From a virus (taxonomy: Duplodnaviria > Caudoviricetes), in IMG/VR virus record IMGVR_UViG_3300021963_000154, positions 1 through 56,328 of that record: a DNA stretch of 56,328 bases. The stretch is one strand, 5' to 3'. The notes below the pieces were generated by a model. It was not told the DNA's origin. It was given only the letters and a program-made list of their open reading frames with translations, and made no database searches. The translations under genes and the position numbers were made by a program. Below are positions 45,317 to 54,458 of the stretch, one piece after another. Within the stretch, counting starts at the first letter, position 1; every line of letters starts with the position of its first letter.

Positions 45317-45461
45317 GGCGCTTCTCCCGTTCTTTAATCATTGCCTCAGCCATCGAATATGAATCGCTGGCAATTTCTGCCCAATTTTGGATATCGTTTT
45401 GCGATAAGTATCCTTGCATCGCAAGTGCTGCAAACACATCAAGCATTTCGTCGTTATTCAT
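45297..45461 (-). CDS. 54-aa helical protein (D.FAA.AMQG...SY.MAEAM family)
   Basis: MNNDEMLDVFAALAMQGYLSQ...DSYSMAEAMIKER; AAGGA RBS. Confidence 0.6.
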   Translation of the reverse strand: MNNDEMLDVFAALAMQGYLSQNDIQNWAEIASDSYSMAEAMIKEREKRLERTKN

Positions 45462-45915
45462 AATTTTCCTTAAGCCATACAGCCATCAGTAGAGCATCAG
45501 CCCTACCGTGGTCTTTCTGACGGGTTAGTGGTGCTTCAGGGAACATCGATCGAGCCAACTCAAGGCTGGCTGCTTTCTCCGTTCCGATCAGACCGTGGTG
45601 TTTTTTCCAAGCCTGTGGGGTGACTAAAACGAACGGGTAGTGCGTAAGCTCTGCCGTTGCCTCAATAGCCCCCACAGCACGCATAAATTTCGCAGTGCTG
45701 GCGATTCCTTGCTTCGGCATACTGTGGACGCTCTCGACCGCAATCATCGCCGTATCAAACGATGACACGCACGACTTCAGGCAATACCTCAATTGCGAGG
45801 CGTTGATCCTTCCATCGACGCTTGGGATATCCCCGCAGCCGATGAACTCGCCGTTGTGGTCGATCGCAGCATAAGCGCCTGATACTGCGCCGGGGTCGAT
45901 CCCGATGTAGATCAT
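45454..45915 (-). CDS. RuvC-like Holliday junction resolvase
   Basis: IYIGIDPG, VESV..MP.QG, VTPQ.WKK, DHGRADALL. Confidence 0.85.
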   Translation of the reverse strand: MIYIGIDPGAVSGAYAAIDHNGEFIGCGDIPSVDGRINASQLRYCLKSCVSSFDTAMIAVESVHSMPKQGIASTAKFMRAVGAIEATAELTHYPFVLVTPQAWKKHHGLIGTEKAASLELARSMFPEAPLTRQKDHGRADALLMAVWLKENYE

Positions 45916-46151
45916 TTGTTCCTCTCATCGAAGAGGCTGTTGATCACCACAGCACACTCAAACAAATTGTTCATCACATCTGATGGGTGTTCAGGCGGGT
46001 TGTAATAGCATGGAATCTTGTCAGGCGTGCTTTGCCAACAATTTTTTTCTTTATAGATAAATGTTCTATTTGTCATCGCGTCAGGATTTTGCAGCTTCCA
46101 TATATCAGCAGCGTTGATCCATCCCAAGACTCTTTGTTTTTCATAGATCAT
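45912..46151 (-). CDS. Hypothetical protein
   Basis: ORF with ATGA overlaps on both sides. Confidence 0.55.
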   Translation of the reverse strand: MIYEKQRVLGWINAADIWKLQNPDAMTNRTFIYKEKNCWQSTPDKIPCYYNPPEHPSDVMNNLFECAVVINSLFDERNK

Positions 46152-46429
46152 TTCTTCATCCTGTCACGAATGTTCTCTGCGCACTTCTCAAGCGCCATCA
46201 CAAGGCTGAGCGGTGAGTCAGGGATCGCTGCCCACTCTTTGGCAAGCTCCATAGCAATCTTGGCGCATTCTTCGCGCTCGATCGCAATCGCCGTCTTGGT
46301 CGTATCAATCGCAATCTGCATGATCTCCGCCTTGGCAATCGCCAGTTGCTCGTCGAACTCCTTCTGGGTGTAGACCGTCATGCCGCTACGCCCAAGGAAT
46401 GACTTCTGAAAATCTGACATTTGACTCAT
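46148..46429 (-). CDS. Hypothetical protein
   Basis: EREECAKIA...CAENIR.R motif common in phage accessory proteins. Confidence 0.65.
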   Translation of the reverse strand: MSQMSDFQKSFLGRSGMTVYTQKEFDEQLAIAKAEIMQIAIDTTKTAIAIEREECAKIAMELAKEWAAIPDSPLSLVMALEKCAENIRDRMKK

Positions 46430-46626
46430 AACAATCTCCAATCGTTGTATTGACCTCGGTTACCTCTAAACCATTGCCGTCGGACATCGTCCTCAAGCTT
46501 GGTGTTCTTGTGCTTCTTTTCCCACCTCTGCAAGAACGCAATCGCTTCCTTTCTGCTCTTGATCCTCATCTGGAGCACATACCTAACCAAGCACTGGTGG
46601 CGGTACTCCTCTGACCATGTATCCAT
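46426..46626 (-). CDS. Hypothetical protein
   Basis: SEEYRHQC.VR...QW.RGNRG...W; follows the primase. Confidence 0.65.
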   Translation of the reverse strand: MDTWSEEYRHQCLVRYVLQMRIKSRKEAIAFLQRWEKKHKNTKLEDDVRRQWFRGNRGQYNDWRLL

Positions 46627-47426
46627 CAGAACCCCTTGAGCAACTGAATCGACTTGAATAGACCGACACGCAATTGCAGGTCATTGAAATCTTCGCCGCA
46701 CACATCGCTCATCACATACTTCAGCCCAGTCTCCTTGGCAACTCTTTCACCCGTCAGCGACACATCGTTATCCGCCACCACAAGCCCCGCTGGGTCTGTC
46801 GCCAATCTCTTGAGGTTCCCAGCAGAGAAGCACACAACCACGCTCCTGCGCATCTTGCCTACAGTCAGCGCACGCATGATCGACAGACCAGTGGCATACC
46901 CCTCACAGTAGATCGGAGTACCCGAACCCATCACGAAGCACGCGTCGTTAGTCTTCTGTCCTGTCAGGAACTTCTTACCACCCGCCTCATCGATCAGTTG
47001 CGCACCCACCAAGTTCTTGCCGATACGCATTGGAATCACTAGGATGTCGTTCCAGACATTACCCTTCAACTCCTCAAACCCCTTGCGCTTCAAATACGGG
47101 TGCGTGGCAAGCTCAGAGGCGTCGAGGATACGCTGACCCTTGTCCGCCGCTTTTCTGCGCTCTAACGCCCGTTTGCGGTCTTCCTCGGTGGTCTTCTGAA
47201 GCACTACCTTCGGATCGATCCTGATCTCGCTCTGGGTCTCAGGCTTCCAGATGCTCACGCTGATCTGCGTGGCATGGTTCTGAACGAAACCCACATCACC
47301 CATGTACTTGTAAGCCCCGTTCCTCGACCGAGGGTGATCCACCGTAGGAGTCCTCACCCACCGACCTACATCGATGTCATGAACGATCAATCCATGCGCA
47401 CGAGCAAAGTCTATGAATTCCATCAT
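46626..47426 (-). CDS. TOPRIM-domain primase-like protein
   Basis: HPYLKRKG, Q.I...G.K.FL.G, YCEGYATGLS, VCFSAGNL, VADND, DFND. Confidence 0.85.
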   Translation of the reverse strand: MMEFIDFARAHGLIVHDIDVGRWVRTPTVDHPRSRNGAYKYMGDVGFVQNHATQISVSIWKPETQSEIRIDPKVVLQKTTEEDRKRALERRKAADKGQRILDASELATHPYLKRKGFEELKGNVWNDILVIPMRIGKNLVGAQLIDEAGGKKFLTGQKTNDACFVMGSGTPIYCEGYATGLSIMRALTVGKMRRSVVVCFSAGNLKRLATDPAGLVVADNDVSLTGERVAKETGLKYVMSDVCGEDFNDLQLRVGLFKSIQLLKGF

Positions 47427-48898
47427 TTCCTCTTCGAGTAAGCGATGGCACGGGACTTCAGCCAATTAAGTGTCTGCATCGATGGCATCGTCTCAACCTT
47501 CTCTAGCAACCTTGGAAACACCCCGAACTTCTCCTTGTACTTCCACGCCGCCCAGCCCTCCTTGTAGCCACGGTTCTTTACGAGGTACAGAAGCTCGGAG
47601 TAGAACTCCTGCTTATCAGCCTTGGCAACCGCCTTACCCTCAAGCTCGACCATCTCGCCCGGCTTGTCAATCACCTTGCTGCGACGCTCACGCACAAACC
47701 CACAGTGTGAACACACATCCGAATTACCCCAGAGGCTCCCACAGCGTGGGCATTTCGCGCCCGCCTTCTCTGCCTGTGTGGGTTCTTTCTTGGGCTTTTC
47801 CTTGCCATCATCTAACTCCCCTGCGCCGTTCTCGTAGATGTCGTCCCACTCCTCACGGAAGCGCAGGTAATTGCCAGAGTGATCTAGCCACAAGCCAAAA
47901 TCCTTGGATGGGTGCTGCCGCATCACACGCCCCATCTGCTGGACATGCGAGGACAAGGACTTAGAGAATGGACGGGCTGACACACCGATCATCACATCAG
48001 GCACATCGAAGCCCTTTGTCAGGATATCCACAGCAATCAGCCCGTGGATGTTTGTGTCAGGGCGTGCAAAGTCCTCAAACACCTCTTTCTTGTACTCGTC
48101 TGTGTCCATGTATGAGATCGGCACAAAGTTGTATCCAGCCTCGTTGAACTTCGATGCCAGATCAGCGCCATGCGCAACTGATGCCGCAAACACAATCGTC
48201 TTGCGTGGGCGACCAAACACCTCGTGCGTCTTCTTGATCCACTCGTTGACTACATCACCGGTGATCTTAATGCCACGCTCTGTAGCCTCTGCATCCGACC
48301 ATTCACCCGCAATCTTCTTGGCTCCCGTCATGTCAATCTCTTTGGCAAGAAACACACGCAGCGGCACGAGCATCTTTGTCTCTACAAGGTTCTTGGTCGT
48401 CACAGTATTGACAACATTCGTGAACACACCGCCAAGCCCTTTCGTAAAAGGCGTAGCGCTTAACCCAATCACCTTGATCGACGGATGCATATCAATGAAC
48501 TTCTTGGTAGCCTTCCTGATTTGATGCGCCTCGTCCACGATCAGCAGATCGAGACCGGGGAAGCTCTTGCGCTTCTCTAGCGTCTGCGCCGAACACACTT
48601 GAATCTGCTCATAGGGACGATATCTCCAGTGGCTGGCTTGCAACACGCCATGCTCAATCCCATAGGAATCAAGCCGTGTCGATGTCTGGTTGCACAGGAC
48701 AATACGATCCATGATCATCGCTGAGCGTCTGCCCATGCGACGGCTGTACTCCATCAGCGCAATCGCAATCTCCGTCTTACCCGCCCCCGTAGGGGCGTAT
48801 AGGAGTTGTGACCGATGACCTTGCTTGATTCCCTCTCTCAGATTTTCCAACCCTTCCACTTGATAGTCCCGTAGTCTCTCATCGATGTTGAATGTCAT
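47423..48898 (-). CDS. SF2 (DEAH/ResIII-like) helicase with C-terminal Zn ribbon
   Basis: LRDYQ, PTGAGKT, DEAH, SATP, KGFDVPD, QQMGRVMR, CPRC..CSHCG. Confidence 0.92.
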   Translation of the reverse strand: MTFNIDERLRDYQVEGLENLREGIKQGHRSQLLYAPTGAGKTEIAIALMEYSRRMGRRSAMIMDRIVLCNQTSTRLDSYGIEHGVLQASHWRYRPYEQIQVCSAQTLEKRKSFPGLDLLIVDEAHQIRKATKKFIDMHPSIKVIGLSATPFTKGLGGVFTNVVNTVTTKNLVETKMLVPLRVFLAKEIDMTGAKKIAGEWSDAEATERGIKITGDVVNEWIKKTHEVFGRPRKTIVFAASVAHGADLASKFNEAGYNFVPISYMDTDEYKKEVFEDFARPDTNIHGLIAVDILTKGFDVPDVMIGVSARPFSKSLSSHVQQMGRVMRQHPSKDFGLWLDHSGNYLRFREEWDDIYENGAGELDDGKEKPKKEPTQAEKAGAKCPRCGSLWGNSDVCSHCGFVRERRSKVIDKPGEMVELEGKAVAKADKQEFYSELLYLVKNRGYKEGWAAWKYKEKFGVFPRLLEKVETMPSMQTLNWLKSRAIAYSKRK

Positions 48899-49647
48899 TT
48901 TTCAAGTCCCTTTAGTTTCTTCTGATAGTACGCGCACTGCTTCTTTAGCTCCCGAATCTCAACCATCATAGTATCTCTGGTCGCCTTCAATCCATCGTTC
49001 TCAGCCTTTAGCGTCTTGATCTCCTCTGCCTGTCTCTCCATGATCTGTTGTGCGTCTTCCATGCCCTCTGCGAGGACGCCTGCAGCCGCCGCACGACTTG
49101 CCTTCTCAAGCTCCTCATTCAGGACGGCAATGCTCTCACGCATGTCGTCTGTAGGATCATATTCAGGCTCTTCCTGCTTAGGAAGCTGCTTCTTTGCCTT
49201 AGGTGCGAGTTCTGCGGGTGGCAACGTTGCCAGTGATTTCTTCACAATCTGCACATAAGTGTGGGAAACATTACACGCCCGAGCTATCTCACGCTCTGAC
49301 ATTCCCTTCCATGCCGACTCATTTAGCACCAGCAAAACGGCATTGCGCTTGTCTGCAATCGTGCGTGGCTGACCGTGTGTGGCATTTGCGCCACAGGCAT
49401 ACAGCTTGGCATCAAGAATGTTGCCACGCCTGACATCAGCATCAATCTCAGTGCGCTTAATCATCTGGCAAGCGTAATAGCGGTTAAAACCGTCTGCAAG
49501 CCAGTAGTCTTTGCCATCATAAAACGCCACAACAGGCGGGAACTCTACCCCGTCTTTGAGTGCATCGGCATACGATTGCACCGTCTCATCACTCATCTTT
49601 GCTCGTGCCTGTGTGCCGCCATCTATCCTGATATCACTGAGTCTCAT
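48895..49647 (-). CDS. ParB-like N-terminal domain protein with HTH and coiled coil
   Basis: GTQ.R...V..YA...FPPV..F.DG...LADGFNR, MSEREIARACNVSHTYV. Confidence 0.8.
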   Translation of the reverse strand: MRLSDIRIDGGTQARAKMSDETVQSYADALKDGVEFPPVVAFYDGKDYWLADGFNRYYACQMIKRTEIDADVRRGNILDAKLYACGANATHGQPRTIADKRNAVLLVLNESAWKGMSEREIARACNVSHTYVQIVKKSLATLPPAELAPKAKKQLPKQEEPEYDPTDDMRESIAVLNEELEKASRAAAAGVLAEGMEDAQQIMERQAEEIKTLKAENDGLKATRDTMMVEIRELKKQCAYYQKKLKGLEK

Positions 49648-49706
49648 GGTTTTCCCTAATCGTTAAGTTATGTGGAGTATTGCGGAGTATTACGAAGTTT
49701 ACGGAT

Positions 49707-49907
49707 TTATTCGAACATGTCCGGACGGAGAACTTTACGCTTGACTTTGCCTTTAGTCAAACGCTCTATCATTACGCACAGGATCGGGCTAGGAACCGCA
49801 TGTCCATTGGTTATCAGCGATAACCATGTCCTTGTTACACCTAGCTGCTTAGCCACAGCAGTCATAGCCCCGTGTGGCTGTTTTGAGAAGTATTCTTTGA
49901 GTGTCAT
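49707..49907 (-). CDS. Cro/YdaS-like HTH regulator
   Basis: A.QLGVTRTWLS...G...PS...IE..T.G.V....LRPD.F. Confidence 0.85.
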   Translation of the reverse strand: MTLKEYFSKQPHGAMTAVAKQLGVTRTWLSLITNGHAVPSPILCVMIERLTKGKVKRKVLRPDMFE

Positions 49908-49936
49908 AATCCACCTGAAGTTTGTTGCAAAATCAT

Positions 49937-49966
49937 ATTGTACTTTTTTATTAACATGTGTACAAT
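49937..49966. promoter_or_regulatory. Fully overlapping divergent sigma70 promoters
   Basis: Plus strand TTGTAC(49938-43)-N17-TACAAT(49961-66); minus strand TTGTAC(49965-60)-N17-TACAAT(49942-37). Confidence 0.7.
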
Positions 49967-49998
49967 CTGTTTTCGTTAATAATTTTGAGAGAGTTGAA

Positions 49999-50199
49999 AT
50001 GACCGAAGAAATGATGTTGAGAGATGGTGACAAAGCGTATGCACCCGCATCCGCAACGAGTGTGCAACGCACATGGAAACGAGTCTGCAACTGGACACCA
50101 CCGTCCAAAGACCCAGAGACCATTGCGAAGTGGGACTACTACAAAACATTAGTCGTTCGATCAGAGAACGCACTACAACTTACAAGGGAAGCAAAATGA
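49999..50199 (+). CDS. Hypothetical protein
   Basis: YAPASATSVQRTWKR..W.PPS; first plus-strand gene, GAGAG RBS. Confidence 0.65.
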   Translation: MTEEMMLRDGDKAYAPASATSVQRTWKRVCNWTPPSKDPETIAKWDYYKTLVVRSENALQLTREAK

Positions 50200-50390
50200 A
50201 ACAAGATTTGAAAAATTATCAATATTTAGTTCACTCAATTCTTGCGGTCGTAGAAAAAGTATCGAATGACCGTGACCTTGATTCGCTGGAAATTATTGGC
50301 GCACTAGAGGCAGCAAAATTTGTGGTCATTGACACATTCAAGAACGAGGACAATGAAATCGCCTCCATGTCATTTAAAGGGATAAATTGA
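50196..50390 (+). CDS. Hypothetical protein
   Basis: EIIGALEAAKF; ATGA coupling. Confidence 0.6.
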   Translation: MKQDLKNYQYLVHSILAVVEKVSNDRDLDSLEIIGALEAAKFVVIDTFKNEDNEIASMSFKGIN

Positions 50391-50575
50391 TGAACACTGA
50401 ACAACCAGCATTCCCAACTTGGGTACGAAACGACGACATGACCCCCGGCATGACACTGCGTGACTTTTTTGCAGCTCAAATAATCACACGACACGAGAGG
50501 TGGGATGACGATTATGCAATGGCTAAATATGCATATCAAGTAGCCGACGCAATGCTCAAGGCGAGGGAACAATGA
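50387..50575 (+). CDS. Small helical protein (GMTLRDFFAA...AY..ADAML family)
   Basis: PAFP...GMTLRDFFAAQ...AYQVADAMLKARE. Confidence 0.75.
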   Translation: MMNTEQPAFPTWVRNDDMTPGMTLRDFFAAQIITRHERWDDDYAMAKYAYQVADAMLKAREQ

Positions 50576-50736
50576 GGCAAGACGAATATCACCAGCTTGA
50601 GCTGGAAAGAATGGAGCAACTCGAAGAGGCTATAGAACGAGCCACTGAGGGTCTAGCTACAGAGGATGATTGGAACATCATCCGTTTTGAATGTGGAATA
50701 CATCAGCGTCCTTTAATCAACCAATTGGGAAAATAA
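50572..50736 (+). CDS. 54-aa hypothetical protein
   Basis: MRQDEYHQLELERMEQLEEAIERA...DDWNIIRFECG; ATGA coupling. Confidence 0.6.
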   Translation: MRQDEYHQLELERMEQLEEAIERATEGLATEDDWNIIRFECGIHQRPLINQLGK

Positions 50737-50737
50737 A

Positions 50738-51379
50738 ATGTCACTAATAGCTAAAGCAAACGAAGGCGGCGGATACCAGCCAGTACCAGCAGGGATGCAC
50801 CTTGCACGCTGCTACAAGATCGTAGACCTCGGAAGCCAGAAGACGGAATACATGGGTCAGGCAAAGGTTCAACACAAGATCATGCTTCAGTTTGAGGTGT
50901 GGTCAGAGGATGAGAACGGACAGCCTACAGTGACACAGAAGGGAGAGCCACTGTCTATCACTAAGCGCTACACACTCACGCTGTCAGAGAAGTCAGCTCT
51001 GCGCAATGATTTGAAGACTTGGCGTGGTCGTGACTTCACGCCAGAAGAGCTGCGTGGCTTTGAGTTGAAGAATGTACTGGGCGTCTGGGCGATGCTGTCA
51101 GTCTCCCGTGACGCAGGTCGTGACGGCAAGGAATACACAAACATCCAAGCCATCATGCCTGTTCCTGCGCACCTCAAAAAGGCTGGGCTTCCTGATCCAC
51201 ACAACACCCCTGCGATGTACTCGATCGAGGATCATGACGGTGAGATATTTGAGAGCCTCTCTGAGGGCGTCAAGAAGCTGATCATGGCAAGCCCAGAGTT
51301 CCAGTCACGCAACCCACACACATTATCTGCATCCCGTGCTGTGCCTGTCGAGATTGATACTGACGATATTCCGTTTTAG
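50738..51379 (+). CDS. Phage single-stranded DNA-binding-like/replication protein
   Basis: VPAG.HLARC..IVDLG, YTL.LSEKS.LR.DL..WRG, acidic DDIPF C-terminus (SSB-type tail). Confidence 0.7.
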   Translation: MSLIAKANEGGGYQPVPAGMHLARCYKIVDLGSQKTEYMGQAKVQHKIMLQFEVWSEDENGQPTVTQKGEPLSITKRYTLTLSEKSALRNDLKTWRGRDFTPEELRGFELKNVLGVWAMLSVSRDAGRDGKEYTNIQAIMPVPAHLKKAGLPDPHNTPAMYSIEDHDGEIFESLSEGVKKLIMASPEFQSRNPHTLSASRAVPVEIDTDDIPF

Positions 51380-51402
51380 TTCTATTTGGCTGACAAAGCA
51401 AA

Positions 51403-51678
51403 ATGACTACGAAAAAATTGAAACCATTGAAAGTTGATGTTGTTTTTTTAGACCCTGTCACTATGGTAAAAATCTGTTCACTCAATGAGTGCATAGAAAA
51501 ATTCACATTGTCAGGCATAACCCAAGAAACAAGTTACCCAAAATGGTTGCACGGAAAACCTTTGATCAAGGATTGTCATTATCGTGAGTGTGTTGAATGC
51601 CATCGCAGGTATAAAGCACGCGAAGATAAACGCAAAAACATCGAAAGTTTTTATGAATCAGTAACAAAAGTTAATTAA
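51403..51678 (+). CDS. Hypothetical protein
   Basis: ORF with C..C/ECVECH motif; AT-rich. Confidence 0.5.
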   Translation: MTTKKLKPLKVDVVFLDPVTMVKICSLNECIEKFTLSGITQETSYPKWLHGKPLIKDCHYRECVECHRRYKAREDKRKNIESFYESVTKVN

Positions 51679-51690
51679 AAAGGAAACCTC

Positions 51691-52053
51691 ATGTTTATTT
51701 CAAGCAACGAGAAACAATACTTCCACGACACGCTCAATGACCTGAATCGCAAGATACAGATACAAGCGGAAATCTTTCAACAGCAAATCGCCACCCTCAA
51801 GGAGGAGAACGCCAATCTCTCTAAGCGGCTGAGCCAACTGTTGGTCAGCGGTATCGCAGCCACTGTCAGGGATAAATCTTCTCAGGAAGAGAAGCCTGTC
51901 ATTCAAAAGACCAACCCATCAAAGCGTGAGTATGCAAAGCAATACTACTGGCGCAAGAAGGCTGAGCGTCTTGCAAGTGGCTCAAAAGAGAAAATCCGTG
52001 GACACAAAGGGGTAGCAAATGCTGGCGAAAACACCAACAATCAGAGCGTCTGA
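51691..52053 (+). CDS. Hypothetical coiled-coil protein
   Basis: AAGGA RBS; KREYAKQYYWRKK basic motif. Confidence 0.6.
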   Translation: MFISSNEKQYFHDTLNDLNRKIQIQAEIFQQQIATLKEENANLSKRLSQLLVSGIAATVRDKSSQEEKPVIQKTNPSKREYAKQYYWRKKAERLASGSKEKIRGHKGVANAGENTNNQSV

Positions 52054-52789
52054 GTCCAACCACTGGTACACCCGTGACGGTGTGCCGATGTACACAGTCG
52101 AAGCCAAGGACGGCTCGCAGCGCACTACAACGCTGCGGGACGCACGAAAGCTCAACCTAGTACCATCGGTCACCACGATCCTTGGAATGGCGGCTAAGCC
52201 CGCCCTGATCGCTTGGATGCAGCAACAGGTACTCATGGCAGCCCTCACCCTCCCCCGTGGCGTTGATGAGGACGAAAATGATTACATCAAGCGCATCATC
52301 CGTGACTCGAAAGAGGAGGGCAAGGCAGCCGCCGACAAGGGAACGGAAATCCACGAGTCCATTCAGGGCTTCTTTGAGGGTAAGGGCTACGGCAATTACC
52401 CCAAACATACTGCAGTGACTGCGGCAAAGCTCTACGACAAGTACGGTCAGCAAGATTGGATCGCTGAGCGTGCATTCAGCCACGACATGGGCTTTGGGGG
52501 GAAGTGCGACCTCCACTCCCTGAACGCTGGTGGGATCGTTGTTGATATCAAGACGAAGGACTTTGAGAACGAGGACGATGTAGTGGGATACGACGAGCAT
52601 CTGATGCAGCTCGCAGCCTACCGTGTTGGGCTAGGAATACCCAATGCGGTCTGTGCGAACATATTCGTCTCACGCTCCGTACCGGGTCTCGCAGTCGTCT
52701 ACGAATGGACGGAAGAGGAACTTCAGAAGGGATGGACAATGTTCACCCACCTTTTACACTTTTGGCAAGCTAAAACAGGACACAAATGA
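52019..52789 (+). CDS. PD-(D/E)XK (Cas4/lambda-exo-like) exonuclease
   Basis: HWY...PSVTTIL...GT.IH...E...GGKCDL...VDIKT...QLAAY. Confidence 0.85.
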   Translation: MLAKTPTIRASESNHWYTRDGVPMYTVEAKDGSQRTTTLRDARKLNLVPSVTTILGMAAKPALIAWMQQQVLMAALTLPRGVDEDENDYIKRIIRDSKEEGKAAADKGTEIHESIQGFFEGKGYGNYPKHTAVTAAKLYDKYGQQDWIAERAFSHDMGFGGKCDLHSLNAGGIVVDIKTKDFENEDDVVGYDEHLMQLAAYRVGLGIPNAVCANIFVSRSVPGLAVVYEWTEEELQKGWTMFTHLLHFWQAKTGHK

Positions 52790-53025
52790 TGATCACAGAT
52801 GCAAAAATCAAAGAGCTATTCTTGGAATGTCACAACAAAGACCCCGACGGGCTGTATGCCGATGATGTTGACCTTCTGGAGTTTGGGCGTAAACTTGAGG
52901 CGGTGGCTCGTCAAGAGGCAACTACCGAAGAGCGTGAAACATGCGTTAAATTTGTTCGCACCCTCAATACCGAGGTAGCCAAAGCACTGGAGGATTGGCG
53001 CAAATGGACAGACAGGAGTCAATAG
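52786..53025 (+). CDS. Hypothetical protein
   Basis: ATGA coupling; EERETCV motif. Confidence 0.6.
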   Translation: MMITDAKIKELFLECHNKDPDGLYADDVDLLEFGRKLEAVARQEATTEERETCVKFVRTLNTEVAKALEDWRKWTDRSQ

Positions 53026-53222
53026 ACGAGCTTGAACTTGATTGGGATGCCATCGAGCTACAAGCTGAAATGTACGACAACGGGGACAGAAGTCCACTGT
53101 CTGTGCGTGCAAAGATGCTTGAGGTGGCATACCGTGACGGGTATGAGCAGTGCGATCAGGATCACCACGACTTCGCCCTGCAGATGGACTTACTGATCAA
53201 TCACACGCTTGGCAACGCATAA
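53004..53222 (+). CDS. Hypothetical protein
   Basis: GGAGG RBS; acidic ORF ending at the terminator. Confidence 0.55.
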   Translation: MDRQESIDELELDWDAIELQAEMYDNGDRSPLSVRAKMLEVAYRDGYEQCDQDHHDFALQMDLLINHTLGNA

Positions 53223-53246
53223 AAAAAGCCCGCTGGTTAGGCGGGC
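53221..53246 (-). terminator. Intrinsic terminator at the convergence of the two transcription directions
   Basis: GCCCGC-loop-GCGGGC followed by T7 on the minus strand (aaaaaaagcccgc...gcgggc on plus). Confidence 0.75.
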
Positions 53247-53274
53247 GAAAAGACCCTGAACGGTCTCAAGGAAA

Positions 53275-54450
53275 TTATTTCTTTTGTCCTGATGGATTAA
53301 ACAGCTTCTGAAAAGCTGACCACGCCAAAGGACCGTACTCGTAAGCAAATGCTGGGGCGGCAGCAGCGACACCAGCAGCCTTGACAAGTGGGTGTGGGGC
53401 TAACATTAAAGCACCGCTAACACCCTCTAATCCGTGCAAAAGGGCATTTTTGTAATCACCTTCCATTAGCTCTCTGTACGCTGGTGATAAATGGTATGCG
53501 GATAAAGCACCTAGACCTGCGCTAGTCTTTGGGCCAGACAGCATTTTTGCCATCCTGTCCATTACACCAGCACCTTTTGCCTCAGCCGCCAACATATCAG
53601 CTCGCTGACCAGCGACTTGACGCTCTAGCCTATCTGCATCGGATTGCAGCTTCGGGCTAACGCGAGCCTGAGCTGCAGCCTCTGCCTCTTTTGCTCGTTC
53701 TGCAGCAATGATAGCCTCTTGCAATGTTTTATCAATATTTCCAACCATTAGACCAGCTCGTGTTGATTCAGGTCCAGTACCCGCCGTGCGAAATAGTCCG
53801 CTAGGGTCTTGAACGGTGCGACCAACCACCTGCTGCGCCTTTGGTTCAGTTGCCATGAAACTTCCAACAGCTTCTTTTGCTCCGCCCTTGCCAACCAATT
53901 TGTTTTCCACAAGCGGATTAACATTGCCGTATTCCGACTTAAACCAGTTCTTTGCTCCATAACCGGCTTGCGGAGCCATAGCCTTTTCAAATAGCTCTGG
54001 ACTTTTAACAAAATCTCTTGGGTCAACGCCTAAATCCATCGCTCTCTTGGTAACCGCCTCCATGAGCATACGATTACGGTTAAGCTCCATTTGAGCGGCT
54101 TCTGCAGCCGTTTGAGCAGCTACAACAGGCGCTCTGGCAGTTTCCAATTGCTGACCAATAACACCTTGCTGACCAAGCAAACTAGAAAGCTTACGCTCCG
54201 CCTTTACATCAGATGTAATCGGCGGAAGCAATTTGCTTCCAAGGTATCCAGCCGCCGCGCCACCGCCAACAATTGCGGCTTTTGCAGCAGGGTCTTCATA
54301 CCAACTGACCTCTACATTTCCGCTCCTATCGGATTGGTTTGGTTCAGGCGAAAAAGAACCTGATGTAGGAAGCGAAAAATTACCAGACTTGTCTACAAAC
54401 TCAGGGAGAATGTTGGCAAGCTCTGACTTGGGTTTCTCTTTGTTATCCAT
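53275..54450 (-). CDS. Internal virion/ejection protein (391 aa)
   Basis: Gly/Ala hydrophobic helices at both ends plus coiled coil; last gene of the virion operon. Confidence 0.6.
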   Translation of the reverse strand: MDNKEKPKSELANILPEFVDKSGNFSLPTSGSFSPEPNQSDRSGNVEVSWYEDPAAKAAIVGGGAAAGYLGSKLLPPITSDVKAERKLSSLLGQQGVIGQQLETARAPVVAAQTAAEAAQMELNRNRMLMEAVTKRAMDLGVDPRDFVKSPELFEKAMAPQAGYGAKNWFKSEYGNVNPLVENKLVGKGGAKEAVGSFMATEPKAQQVVGRTVQDPSGLFRTAGTGPESTRAGLMVGNIDKTLQEAIIAAERAKEAEAAAQARVSPKLQSDADRLERQVAGQRADMLAAEAKGAGVMDRMAKMLSGPKTSAGLGALSAYHLSPAYRELMEGDYKNALLHGLEGVSGALMLAPHPLVKAAGVAAAAPAFAYEYGPLAWSAFQKLFNPSGQKK

Positions 54451-54458
54451 GATCAGTC

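Noticed and set aside
1396-49659. Numerous plus-strand ORFs in the track (e.g. 2344..2754, 17667..18209, 21998..22822, 47904..48524)
   Set aside because: Antisense shadows of well-supported minus-strand genes; no recognisable motifs or RBS
49672-49998. Long 5' extensions of ORFs 49672..50199 (+) and 49707..50123 (-)
   Set aside because: They cross the divergent promoter; better starts are at 49999 (+) and 49907 (-)
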